NCBI GenBank assembly: GCA_964016885.1
Contig: OZ024755.1
Span: 10,292,001-10,356,000, forward strand
Direction: 5' to 3'
DNA length: 64,000 nucleotides
Source of the DNA: Eledone cirrhosa
Lineage: Eukaryota
Below the pieces are notes generated by a model. That model had not been told where the DNA came from. It saw nothing but the letters and a program-made list of their open reading frames with translations, and searched no databases. The translations under genes were made by a program, and so were the position numbers. Positions 27,613-41,279 of this stretch are shown one piece after another. Position 1 is the first letter of the stretch, and the number at the start of each line of letters is the position of its first letter.

Positions 27613-28873
27613 GTTTGTACATACATACTTCTGTTAAAAATAATAAATAATGATATACATACAACAGAAACTAACTACAAATTGCCAAATATATTTATTT
27701 ATTTGTATGAAATATATTTATTTACCACCATGGTAAAGTTTTTTTTATTGGATATTTGGATATATTTTTACAAATATGATACACAAATAGTTTATACGTC
27801 CATGCTATATGCTGTAAGCTCCTTAAAAGGAGTGCCGTTGTGGTATTTAAGCTTCGTGGAGCCTATACTTCTCCAGGTCTGAACACAGCTGATTCCTTCC
27901 GGAGAAGAAGAAAGCGAGAGAGAAATGGGGGATCGACTCCAGTACTGGACTGGTATTACTTTTTTTTATCTACCTCGAAAGAATGGAAAGAAATATTTGA
28001 ATTCAGAGAACAAAGTGCCAGAACAAACACCACAAAGATTTTATGCATCCTTTAACGACTTGAAAAACCGATACAAGTTAGAAATAAATGAGTGAAATCT
28101 AAAGTAAAGTAAGACAAATGAAGCAAAATAACAGTTTACATGTTTGCTTTATATTTCATGTTATTTCGGAGTAGTGGTCCCTTTTTCAAAAGAAAGGAAA
28201 TAGAATGTCAATCAATCTCCCAGAGGCTGCATAACCACTACATCTAGTCCTTCCTTCCTAGAACGTCGGCTCTATATGAACCCCTTCATTTCTCATGTCA
28301 TTTCTGAAGGTTTGAACCTGTAACAATTTTAAAAAGAATTTCAAATTCATCGATCTATTCGATCTACAGGGTGGAGCTGTGAAAGACATTGGTAATACTC
28401 TTTTCGAAGCTATAGAAGCAGACACTTTCCTAAGGTGCCATGCAGCGGGACTGAACCCATAACCAAGGGGTCGCGAAGCGAACCTCTTAACTACACAGCT
28501 ATGCCAATTCAGTTTAATAAATCAGTCAACAGAACAGGACAAGATACTATTTAAAGCCATCAAAATGCATCACACACTTTAGTCTTGGAAAGTAGTGTAA
28601 TCCGGTACTTGTAACCTAATCCGGCAACTCAGAATCAAGAAACATCTACGTGTTCATTTGACCTGAAAGAAATAGACAAAAGCTCTCTCAAATCACATTA
28701 TACTTTCTATCTATTTTTTTACCAAGTTAATTCTATGCATTAAGCAGAAATTCCCTGTTGTGTAATAAACAGAATTGGCGCTGATGACAGCTATGTCACA
28801 ATGAAAAACGTCAAACTAAAACTTGAGCTTTCTTCATATGAAAAATTATGCAAACACATGGGCCACGCAATTG

Positions 28874-28947
<74 letters not shown>

Positions 28948-29275
28948 AGCACGCACATACACACACACACGTGCAAACACACATGTAAACAATGTAGACA
29001 CACACACACATACATACACAAACCTTAAATACAAAACATTAAATAAAAGATACAAAAATGTATAATATAGATATGCGATGATAATGAGAAGAAGAAGAAG
29101 AAGAAGAAGAAGAAGAAGAAGAAGAAGAAGAAGAAGAAAATTAACTTTAAAAAATAAATGAAAAATATTCTCCTTTTTCCATTATTTCTATCTTTACTTT
29201 CTATATTTACTTTTATTGACATTTATATTTTACATGTCTATTGTATTTCTTTATTTTTCGCCAAGGCTGGCTCAC

Positions 29276-29325
29276 CAATCTTACATAAGATGGAGAGAAA
29301 ACACAGACATTGGAATATGGACATT
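29276..29325 (-). CDS. Candidate 50-nt exon (unverified)
   Basis: Acceptor ggattttctatAG and donor ttg|GTGAGC; two open frames (MSIFQCLCFLSILCKI or CPYSNVCVFSPSYVRL). Confidence 0.25.
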
Positions 29326-29354
29326 CTATAGAAAATCCTTTAAATATTCTAAAC

Positions 29355-30254
29355 GACTATCACCACCGCTAACAAGAACGTCATCACCACCAACAACAGT
29401 ATCACCACCTACACCGCCACCGCCAACATCACCAACATCACAACCAACACCACCAATATCACCACCACCAACAACAACATCACCACTACCAACAACAGTA
29501 TCACCACCTATACCGCCACCGCCAACATCACCAACATCACAACCAACACCACCAATATCACCACCACCAACAACTACATCACCACTACCAACAACAGTAT
29601 CACCACCTATACCGCCACCGCCAACATCACCAACATCACAACCAACACCACCACCAACAACTACATCACCACTACCAACAACAGTATCACCACCTATACC
29701 GCCACCGCCAACATCACCAACATCACAACCAACACCACCAATATCACCACCATCACCACCACCAACACCTTTGCCACCACCAACACCACTACCTTCCTTC
29801 CTGAACACAATGCAATCAGCGCCATGTTTAAACACCACCACCAACACTACCACCACCACCACTACCATCACCACTAACACCACCACCACCGCCATCACCA
29901 CCACCACCACCACCGCTACCACCACCACCAACACTACCACCACCACTACTAACACCAACACTACCACCACCACCACTACCATCTCCACTAACACCACCAC
30001 CGCCACCACCACCACCACCACCACCACTAACATCACCACCACCAACACTACCATCACCACCACCACCACCACCACCACTACCATCACCACTAACACCACC
30101 ACCGCAACCACCACCACCACCACCACCGCAACCACCACCACCACGACCATCACCACCACCACCACCACCACCACTACCATCACCATCATCATCATCACAA
30201 ATACCACGACCATCTTCCTTCCTGAACACAATGCAATCAGCGCCATGTTTAAAC
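29355..30254. repeat. (ACC)n-derived repeats with an internal period of about 105 bp and a perfect 41-bp direct repeat
   Basis: cttccttcctgaacacaatgcaatcagcgccatgtttaaac at 29793-29833 and 30214-30254. Confidence 0.85.
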
Positions 30255-30373
30255 GCCATAGATAAATTGTTTAGGATTATTCGATCTACATTTCCGAACA
30301 AAATAAAACCTGCTTTTGCTTGTCGTTTTTCTGTCTTCCTTCATTTTCATCTCCCCCCCCCCTTCTCTCTCTA

Positions 30374-30408
<35 letters not shown>

Positions 30409-30494
30409 ATGTCTGTAGTCATATACACACACATACATATGTATATATATATATACATATATATATATGCACATACACACACACATACATACGT

Positions 30495-30582
<88 letters not shown>

Positions 30583-30677
30583 TGTATATATATATATATA
30601 TATAGTCTTCTCTCTCATATATGCTATTTTCTTTTTCACCCGTTGTGGAGTGATTGGGGATTTTGAGAGGAGGTGGG

Positions 30678-31330
30678 TGGTGGTGGCTTGATATAGAGGG
30701 TGGGAGGTGGTGGCTTGATATAGAGGGTGGGAGGTGGTGGCTTGATATAGAGGGTGGGAGGTGGTGGCTTGATATAGAGGGTGGGTGGTGGTGGCTTGAT
30801 ATAGAGGGTGGGAGGTGGTGGCTTGATATAGAGGGTGGGAGGTGGTGGCTTGATATAGAGGGTGGGAGGTGGTGGCTTGATATAGAGGGTGGGAGGTGGT
30901 GGCTTGATATAGAGGGTGGGAGGTGGTGGCTTGATATAGAGGGTGGGTGGTGGTGGCTTGATATAGAGGGTGGGAGGTGGTGGCTTGATATAGAGGGTGG
31001 GAGGTGGTGGCTTGATATAGAGGGTGGGAGGTGGTGGCTTGATATAGAGGGTGGGAGGTGGTGGCTTGATATAGAGGGTGGGTGGTGGTGGCTTGATATA
31101 GAGGGTGGGAGGTGGTGGCTTGATATAGAGGGTGGGAGGTGGTGGCTTGATATAGAGGGTGGGTGGTGGTGGCTTGATATAGAGGGTGGGAGGTGGTGGC
31201 TTGATATAGAGGGTGGGAGGTGGTGGCTTGATATAGAGGGTGGGTGGTGGTGGCTTGATATAGAGGGTGGGAGGTGGTGGCTTGATATAGAGGGTGGGAG
31301 GTGGTGGCTTGATATAGAGGGTGGGTGGTA
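30678..31330. repeat. 27-bp G-rich minisatellite, about 24 copies
   Basis: Unit ggtggcttgatatagagggtggg(a/t)ggt. Confidence 0.97.
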
Positions 31331-31456
31331 GTGGATGATAGTGGAGGAGTTGGAGGTGGCGGATGATAATGTTAGCTTTTCAATAATTTATTTAGTTAGT
31401 TGTTTGTTTATTTAATTATCCATCTATTTCCTTTATTGTCAAACAGTAAAACAACT

Positions 31457-31850
<394 letters not shown>

Positions 31851-32361
31851 TTCCAATCGTCGCCGTCGTCGATGTTGTTGTCATCACATTCAATGTCATT
31901 GTCATTGTCAATGTTGGTATGGTTGTTGTTGTTGTCATTGTTAGTGTTGCTATGAACTGTTGTTGTTGTCGTTGTTAGTGTTGCAGTAGCTGTTGTCGCA
32001 GTTGTCATTGATGTTGATGTGGTTGTTGATGTTGCTATGGTTGTTGTTATTGTTGTCATTGTTAATGTTGTTGTTGCTGCTGTTGCCATAGTTGTTGTTG
32101 TCATTGTTACTGTTAGAGTTGTTGTTGTTGTTGTTCTGGCTAGTTTTGTTGTGTTTCTTGCTTGAAACGGAATAGGAAAATAAACCATAAATATGTCATA
32201 TTTATTTTTAAATATACAAATAACATTTAGAAACTAGTTACAACTATTTTGCGACATAACTTCCATGCACCTGTTTCAGATAATATATCAATACAGTTCC
32301 TGCTTACATTTGAGTCACGTACATTGCAAATAAGAATATGAAATGAAACTAAAATCTGCAA

Positions 32362-33302
32362 TGACCTCTAGTCTAGTGAGACAATATCTCGACTGCTTTA
32401 TAACACTGATCTCTAGTCTAGTGAGACAATATCTCGACTGCTTTATAACACTGATCTCTAGTCTAGTGAGACAGTATCTCGACTGCTTTATAACACTGAT
32501 CTCTAGTCTAGTGAGACAATATCTCGACTGCTTTATAACACTGACCTCTAGTCTAGTGAGACAGTATCTTGACTGCTTTATAACACTGACCTCTAGTCTA
32601 GTGAGACAATATCTCGACTGCTTTATAACACTGATCTCTAGTCTAGTGAGACAATATCTCGACTGCTTTATAACACTGATCTCTAGTCTAGTGAGACAAT
32701 ATCTCGACTGCTTTATAACACTGACCTCTAGTCTAGTGAGACAATATCTCGACTGCTTTATAACACTGATCTCTAGTCTAGTGAGACAATATCTCGACTG
32801 CTTTATAACACTGATCTCTAGTCTAGTGAGACAATATCTCGACTGCTTTATAACACTGACCTCTAGTCTAGTGAGACAATATCTCGACTGCTTTATAACA
32901 CTGATCTCTAGTCTAGTGAGACAATATCTCGACTGCTTTATAACACTGATCTCTAGTCTAGTGAGACAATATCTCGACTGCTTTATAACACTGACCTCTA
33001 GTCTAGTGAGACAATATCTCGACTGCTTTATAACACTGATCTCTAGTCTAGTGAGACAATATCTCGACTGCTTTATAACACTGATCTCTAGTCTAGTGAG
33101 ACAATATCTCGACTGCTTTATAACACTGACCTCTAGTCTAGTGAGACAATATCTCGACTGCTTTATAACACTGATCTCTAGTCTAGTGAGACAATATCTC
33201 GACTGCTTTATAACACTGATCTCTAGTCTAGTGAGACAATATCTCGACTGCTTTATAACACTGATCTCTAGTCTAGTGAGACAATATCTCGACTGCTTTA
33301 TA
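32362..33302. repeat. 45-bp tandem minisatellite, 21 copies
   Basis: Unit tga(c/t)ctctagtctagtgagacaatatctcgactgctttataacac. Confidence 0.97.
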
Positions 33303-33419
33303 TTTATTGTTAATTTATTTTATATTCTGTTTACTTTTTTTGTACATGCTTGGGGTCAATGAGGGTATCAAGGATCCCATGAAAAGGATGGTTTAAAACG
33401 TTTGGGGATCCCGGTTTTA

Positions 33420-35290
33420 CACTAAAACTACTTGACATTCTCTCTATCCTTTTCGAAAATTACTGTCTTTCAGGGATCTTGTTGGAAGTCTATGTAACCA
33501 TAATACTTAACTGGATCATTGCCACTTCTAAATATATCAAACGAGAATTTACTTCTGAATTCAGAAGAATTCTCTGCTGATATCATATATATCTGATAAG
33601 TAACCCCCATAAGTGATACTTAGAATGTCTAAATGGTTCTTAATTTCCTGATATATATATATATATCCACTGGTCATATTTCATCTTCACATTAGATGTC
33701 TTCAAATACTACCAAATTCGCCGATTTTCCGAAACTCAACTTCAACATGGCGAAACCAAATTTATAATCCTCTCGTAAATTCCAGAAACTTTCCTTAGCT
33801 TTAATAACTTCTACATAATTTTCTCCATACAACATGCTTAAGTCATTCAGGCGACTGAAAATATGAAACGAAAAATACCCAAGGCAAACGATAACATGTT
33901 CATCTTTAAAATTACTTTACTTGTATCAGTCATAAGTCTATAGTTATGCATTATTTATGTCAGGCTTCTTCACAAATTATTGGTCAATCTGAGAGCTATA
34001 GTAAATAATACTTGTCTAAAGTAACTCGCAGTAGGAGCGAATCTGAAAATACGTGGTAGCGAAACAAATTCCTTACCCACTCAGCCATTCCTGCTACCAG
34101 TATCTTCAAAAATAGTTTGCAAAAAGGGATTGTTTATGTTTGAGTAATTTGGGAATTTTATCGTGAGGTTCCATTACACACAGAGACGAAACCTCAACAT
34201 CTCGGTGTAGTAGATTAAACCACAATGTTCCGCTCCCATCTCATCACAGAATTTTTCAAATAGCCGATGATTCCATACACGCCCACCAAAACGTTGACTG
34301 CCTTCACAACTATTCCTATCACTATGTTACTTATATTGTGGATTGGCAATATCGATAGAGAGTCGGACGCCATGCATTGACGCATAGAGTTACGGCCCTT
34401 GCCATACTGAGTTCAAATCCCGCCGAGGTTAACTTTGCCTTTCATCCTTACGGGGTCGATAAAATAAAGTACCAGTAATGTACTGGGTAATTGCTGGCCT
34501 TGTGCTAAAAGTAGAAACAATTATTAGGCAGTATTTTAGATACTAAAGTTTAACAATGTAGAATATAATGTGTGCACAAAACATATGAAATAACCAGGAC
34601 AACGAATCTAGGATTCTAGATTTTTTTTTTTTTTTTTTTTTTTTGTTGTTGCTAATCGTGGCAGGATCCATATCTGTACAAATAGACTCAAATAAAATCC
34701 TTTGATTATAACTCATGATGATCAAAAAACAATTCGATCAACTTGAACACGTCATCAGCTTTGATTGTTGTATTGAGTCAATCTGAAAACAAAAAAACTT
34801 CTATGATCTTCTTTCCATAAATATAGCGTACAAATACAAGTAATTTATTGTTGTTTTAAACGGCTGCTGATTCATCGAGCTGCATGTTAATTTTTGAAGG
34901 ACTGTTAATAATCCCGTTGACAAATTATGTAGTAATGCCCTGACTCATATATTTAATTCTCCGGTATATAGAGTCATTGGACAAAGACACATGATTCAAT
35001 CGCTTTATTGCATCCTTTCCCCAGCAACATTTTTAGGCATCTCTAACGCCTCGGGCTTTACTAGGCTTTCGCCGATTGAATGGGGCTTCTTTTTCATTTG
35101 CATTTATATACGAAACTTTGTAAGAGGATTCCCAGAAGGTTCCCAGGAGACACAAACCTGTATAATGAAAGAGTTCCTTTCTGATTACAACGAATTCTTT
35201 TCATCTTTGAGGTACCAACATAATTTTTCTGCGTGCTTTTGTGATATACTCTCAGTACTAAAGGCTTCAAATTTCCATTGCTCATAACTA
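33420..35290 (-). pseudogene. Decayed hAT Charlie/Buster (ZBED5/SCAND3/FAM200-like) transposase, interrupted by two SINEs
   Basis: Collinear minus-strand peptides with stops and frameshifts: MSNGNLKP, KKPHSIGESLVKP, VSLSNDSIYRRI, MQLDES, LLVFVRYI, NHRLFEKFCDEMGAEH..LIYYTE, IFSRLNDL, IKNHLDIL. Confidence 0.85.
34335..34525 (+). mobile_element. Deu/Nin-like SINE inserted in the hAT relic
   Basis: Head, core and tail all present. Confidence 0.85.
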
Positions 35291-35923
35291 AATTTCAAAT
35301 TGGCATTGTGTTTTTATTTTATTTTTCAGTTGTAACTTCTGTCATACAAGAGAAACCAAATTCAAAATATTAATTAATTATTACACTTCCGTTCTTTTTT
35401 TTCTTTTCTTTTTTTTTATTTTTTATTTTTTGACAAGTGACATTATTTCGCGAAAAAAAAAAAATTGAAAAAAAAAATTTGTATAATTAAATTAAATATA
35501 TAATAATTTCTTTCAATCAATAAATAAATCGCTAAACATATTTGCCGCGTAGCAACGTTTTGGAAATATCCAAAGTGGTTGAGAGAGTCGCATAGTGTTA
35601 TAGTCTGCAAAAAGATTTAGCGCAGGTGAGTGTGGACTGTGTAAGTAGAAAATGCAGACTGAGAGTGATCAGAGCAAAAATTGACTGATTTCTTCAGCGT
35701 ACCAAAAAATGTAAATTGAAATTATTTTGTGAACATGGGACGCATAAATAAGAGAAAGGGTACAACTACTAGCCTAAGACGCTAAATACACGTTATTGTA
35801 GTAAATGTCGTGTATAAAGTATTTATAAGAATACACACTCGTGTTAGTTGTTTAATTATCTTGAATTCTATATTTACAATACTTTGTGAATAGGAACTTG
35901 AATTGAGAGATCAGAGTTTCGAT

Positions 35924-36190
35924 ACTACGGACATGTGGTCAGAATGTCTAAGGAAAGAATTGCTGGAAAGATTTTACTAGCTAAACCCAACTGGTGGGAG
36001 ACACAGGGGTAAACCTCGAGCAAGATGGTTGGATAACATCCATGAGCTCGGCTGGTCTCGCTTGAGGATCCAACCGGATCGACTGGAGACGATTGATTCT
36101 GATAGGACCTGCTGAAAGGCGAATGAAGGGTGAAGGGGTCTACCACCGCCAACTATCCTGGAGTATGTAAATGAGTGAATGAGTGAGTGA
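35924..36190 (+). mobile_element. RTE-clade LINE 3' fragment
   Basis: YGHVVRMSKERIAGKILLAKP / GRHRGKPRARWLDNI..GWSRL, then a (GAGT)n tail; relative at 62275-62455. Confidence 0.75.
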
Positions 36191-36225
36191 GTAGTGAGAG
36201 GGAGTGTGTGTGTGAGTGTGTATGG

Positions 36226-36356
36226 AAGAAGAAGAAGAAGAAGAAGAAGAAGAAGAAGAAGAAGAAGAAGAAGAAGAGAAGAAGAAGAAGAAGAAGAAGA
36301 AGAAAGAAGAAGAAGAAGAAGAAGAAGAAGAAGAAGAAGAAGAAGAAGAAGAAGAA
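36226..36356. repeat. (GAA)n tract
   Basis: Direct. Confidence 0.95.
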
Positions 36357-36912
36357 AAGTTCAAGTTTTTTTGTCATTAGATTTCTAAGCAAGAGAGTGC
36401 CACCGTATGCCTCGTTAAAATCTTTCTGTGTGTTTCGATGTGTGAAATATTAACGTGTTAGGTGTGGTGTGTTTACAATAAAAGTTGATAAACTGAGGGG
36501 TTTTATAAGAAAATATGTGAATATGTGCGGCAACTGAGACAGCTTTCTGAATGACTGACAGCGTGTAATGTTTGATGTAGGAGGTATGGAGATAGATAGA
36601 GGCAAAATGATAAGAAGCAAGGTGTGGAGCCTCCACGGATAATTTCATCTGAGAACGGGGAACATCCGGCAAGTACGTAAACGAAATATGTTGAAGATAT
36701 GTCTGAAAGTCACACCATCCTCAGGTAGATACATTTTCTCTGCCACTCCCTACTAAAAAACTTGAATAGCAAACGTTGTTTTTATACAGAATAAACAATG
36801 TGTGTTTTGGCACCACAGCCAAGGAATTTGTACCGTTTGTCGTGAGTTTAGGAAAGGAAGTCGATCGACAAGATCCCAGAATTTATTCGCTTATCGATTG
36901 GGGTGGATCTCG

Positions 36913-36975
36913 TCAAATCAGACCAAGGAAACAATGTTTCTACTGGTCTTTCCGTTGCTGACACTATCTACCGAT
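36913..36975 (+). repeat. Solitary diverged monomer of the 65-bp satellite
   Basis: atcagaccaaggaaacaatgtttctactggtctttccgttgctgacactatctaccg aligns to the 10.6 kb unit. Confidence 0.85.
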
Positions 36976-37399
36976 CGCAACTCTTGGCAGAAAAGAGCGA
37001 TGTGAAATAAAGTGTCTTGCTCAAGGACATAACATATCACCCAGCCCGGAAATAGAACTCGCAACTTCACCTTTGCGAATCCACTAAGTCAAACGCCTTC
37101 ACGTCGTAAGTTTAAAACATCTTATTGACAGAGACGTGGCCAGCAGGGTTTATAGCTGAACAAATGGTATATATCCCATCACTGGCGCTGCATCGTCTCG
37201 ATGACAAAGGCACGTAACTCTCACAGACTTAGTCCCCACCTTAGGTTAAAATAAATACTCTGCGTAGGTACAGTAGATGTCTGTAATGAGCGACGACAAA
37301 TGTTTTATCCTATTCGTTCTGACTCTCTGCACTCCGAGTTCAAATCCCTCTCTGGTCAAATTTAATGGTAAACTCAATCCATTACCCAGTTTAACACCC

Positions 37400-37545
37400 C
37401 CACCTAACCATTAAGCCTCTAACCTAACCACTAAACCCTTGACCTAACAACTACACCACTGACCTAACCATTAAGCTTCTAACATAACCACTAAGCCACT
37501 GACCTAACAGCTACACCACTGACCTAACAACTATACCACGTGACT
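37400..37545. repeat. Degenerate repeat of about 20 bp containing cctaacc/cctaaca
   Basis: About 7 units such as gacctaaccattaagcttct. Confidence 0.7.
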
Positions 37546-37759
37546 TCACTAGCCAACCTTCCATAACAGAATACCACCGTGGCCTTCACTTACGAGAGAA
37601 ACAGAATCAAAACAACAACAGAGAGGAAATGTAATATGTTGACCTATATTTCTCAATGAATCTCTTCTTAAAACACAATGTGCAGAATAGGGGTCAACTT
37701 TCAATGAGCCCTAAATTTTAGATTGTATGTTTTCTCCCTATGGGAATCTGAAACAGAAA

Positions 37760-37832
<73 letters not shown>

Positions 37833-38137
37833 TCTGCTTCTGCTACCGCTGCTACTGCTTTTGCTATTGCTACAGTAGTAACAATAGAAGCAGCAGTGGT
37901 AGTAGTAGTAGTAGTAGTATAGTAGTAGTAGTAGTAGTAGTAGTAGTAGCAACTTACACAGACAACCTCTCAACTCTCCCTCATTTACTTCAGCGGAACA
38001 TCGAAGATATGACAGCTAGAAGGAAAGACGTGTGCACCTACACGGAGTTTGGTAGTTCCTTTATCGACCCCCTACCCGAAAGGATGAAAGTCAAATTGGA
38101 CCTCGGTGGGATTTGAACTCAGAACACAGAAACCCTG

Positions 38138-38186
<49 letters not shown>

Positions 38187-38188
<2 letters not shown>

Positions 38189-38307
38189 CGAAGGAGGTGT
38201 GGTAAGGAATTAGATGGACCATAACGCACCAGAGTACTCAATACTCAATACCCTAAGTATTGAGTACTCTGGTGCCTTATGGTCCATCTGATTCCTTATC
38301 TTTCCTA
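38187..38307. mobile_element. Fold-back palindrome in (TA)n, same family as 63051
   Basis: Arms 38203-38245 and 38256-38298; shares aacgaagga..tgtggtaaggaa..agatggaccataacgcaccagagtactcaata with 63051. Confidence 0.8.
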
Positions 38308-38315
38308 TATATGTG

Positions 38316-38347
<32 letters not shown>

Positions 38348-38453
38348 ACTTTATCCCGGGTTCAATCAGGGGTAACCACAGTAAGTAAGGTACTCAATAC
38401 ATAGCAGAGTATAAATATCTAATATAGCACTGTTTCATTCTGGCTTCCTGATG

Positions 38454-38496
<43 letters not shown>

Positions 38497-38507
38497 AGTA
38501 TATATAC

Positions 38508-38597
<90 letters not shown>

Positions 38598-38614
38598 TAT
38601 ATGTGTGTATATAC

Positions 38615-38684
<70 letters not shown>

Positions 38685-38849
38685 TACACAGAACTCTCTT
38701 CCAGTACCCCTCTCTATATCAATAAACATCAAACTCTCCCCCTCTCTATATCTACTACACGGAACTCTCTGCCAACGCTCTAAGCACTCTACCCAAGTCC
38801 ACCACTTTACTCTATATAATACACCACTACTCAATAATAACAAAAAGCA

Positions 38850-39870
38850 CTTTCGTCAACATCCACGTCATCACTACCGCCCCCATCCCGGCCACTATTA
38901 CCATCAACTCAACCACCAACACCACCGCCACCTACATCGTCAACACTACCACCTCCACCATGCTCCCCCCCCCTCTTGCACATTAACACTTCACACCACC
39001 GCCACCATTATCATTATCACCCTCACAACGACCACGACCACCATCACCCTCATACACCACAACCACTGCAAGGACACTTCCCTCCCACCATCACCAAAAC
39101 CATCACCATCACCCTTCTCTACCATTACGATGGTATTCTTCACCGTCAACACCACCACCACCACTATCATGACTACCACCTCCATCACCATCACCACCAA
39201 CACCACCAACACCATCATCAACAACACCAACTCCCCCGACCATCATCTACACCACCAACACTACTACGATTACCCCCCCCCCACACACACACAGAGACAA
39301 CCGCCAACACCACCTCCACTCACCCCCACCCCACCACCGTCAACACCACCTCCACCCCCCACCACCATCACCACCCCACCACCATCAACACCACTCCCAT
39401 TCGCCACCACCTCCACTTACCACCACCACCACCACCACCACCACCACCACCACCACTATCAACACCACCACTATCACGACTACCACCACTCACCACCATC
39501 AACACCACCTCCACTTACCACCACCACCACCATTAACACCACCACTATCACGACTACCACCACTCACCACCATCAACACCACCACCACCACCACCACCAC
39601 CACCACCACCATTAACACCACCACTATCACGACTACCACCACTCACCACCACCTCCACTTACCACCACCACCACCACCATTAACACCACCACTATCACGA
39701 CTACCACCACTCACCACCATCAACACCACCTCCACTTACCACCACCACCACCATTAACACCACCACTATCACGACTACCACCACTCACCACCACCTCCAC
39801 TTACCACCACCACCACCACCACCACCACCACCACCATTACCACCACCACTATCACGACTACCACCACTAC
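38850..39870. repeat. (ACC)n-rich low-complexity region with tandem modules
   Basis: Recurrent aacaccaccactatcacgactaccaccactcaccacc. Confidence 0.85.
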
Positions 39871-40459
39871 TGAAACCCCACGTCGATTGTTTAGCCAGAA
39901 AGAAGACAAGAGAAGACAAGAGGTTATCACTAAAGTCAATGTGTTTTTGCATGGTATTTCTTCCTCCATAGTACCACAGAGTTCCTCTCTTATTTAACTC
40001 TCTTCACAAACAATACAGTTTATTTAACGTCTCCCCATGGGAGCCACTCTCAAACATAGACACTACCACTCTATGTAGTCTATGTACAACAGAACAATGA
40101 TTGTGTATGTGTAAGTATGTATGTGTATGTGAGGAAGGGGGTGGGGGTGGGGGATATCCGTTGGGGGAGAGGTCTGTTGGTGTGTGTCTCTGTGGGGAGG
40201 TGCCTGTTCATGTGTGTCTGAGCGTCTGAGTGTGTGTGTGTATGTGTGGTGTGTGTGTATGAGTATGTGGGGGGAGTCTGTTGGTATTTGACTCTGTGGG
40301 AGGGGGGGGGGTGACTGTAGCGGTGTGTGTGTGTCTGTGGGTACGTGTGTGTGAGAGTGTCTGTGGGTGTGTAATTCTGTGTTTCTGTGTGTGAGTTTGT
40401 ATGTGGGTATATCTATATGTGTGTGTGTGTGTGTGTCTGTGTGTGAGGGTATATGTGTG

Positions 40460-40628
40460 TTGGTCCTCCGTCGGTTTCGGCGACGAGGGTTCGAGTTGTT
40501 TGATCAAAGAAACAGTCTGCTCTTAAGATTAACGTGCAAGTGGACAAGCATTCCACAGACACGTGTACTCTTAACGTAATTCTCAGAGAAATCCAAGCCT
40601 GGCAGAGTGCGTAACAAGGCTGGTCCTT
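40460..40628. mobile_element. Dispersed repeat fragment (cephalopod SINE-like)
   Basis: ttaacgtgcaagtgg..cattccacagacacgtgtac.cttaacgta.ttctc..acaaggctgg recalled as an abundant octopus repeat; not verified by search. Confidence 0.45.
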
Positions 40629-41279
40629 TAACCATTTAGTATTTAAACCGGCCGTATCAGGCCAGAATTATCTCACCTCTTTCTGTTGAAACTGGCCATA
40701 ACCAGCAGCTAAAAATATTAGAGTTGAAATTAGAGGGAGTTTAGAAAGAGGAAGGATAAAGGCTGGTCAAGAAACCTAGTTAATTCACAGTACAGGTAAG
40801 CAGATAATAAGGTTATCTAACGACAGCAACAGTCGACTGATAAAATGACAAGTCAGTCAATCATATTGGTGGCCTACCCACAGCCCTGGCGGACAGAATT
40901 ATATTGACATTAAGGTATTGCTTTCAACATAAATATCAAAATTTCATAGATTCAATATTATGTGAGGTAATTTGCTGAGATAAATAAAGCCTTTACCGTG
41001 AAAATACAATAGTAAAAATAGAGTAATGTAAATGGTTAAATTACACGTACGTATTTGGGGTGGGAAGAAGGGAGTTCTAGCTGTTTGAACTGACGCAATG
41101 GGAAACAAGGTGTCCTTGCTCAAGGATACAAGACTTCGCCGGGAATCAAACACGATTTTATGGTCGTCAACCGAACATCCTAGCCACTAAGCCACTAACT
41201 CCAGTCGAGTATTTGCTCGGGAGTTTTTACATTCTAAATTCAAATTCAGCAAGATTTTTTTTTTATCCACCATCAATAT

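Noticed and set aside
30654-31331. LDIEGGRWW repeat protein; similarity of the unit to the Dong 3'UTR (ggtagtggcttgatat)
   Set aside because: The ORF is a minisatellite translation, and a match of about 17 nt is too short to exclude chance.
32362-33302. CRISPR array or tandem hammerhead satellite
   Set aside because: No spacers; ctgatc is present but there is no CUGANGA plus GAAA core on either strand.
37400-37545. Interstitial telomere
   Set aside because: cctaac occurs only once per unit of about 20 bp, not as tandem hexamers.
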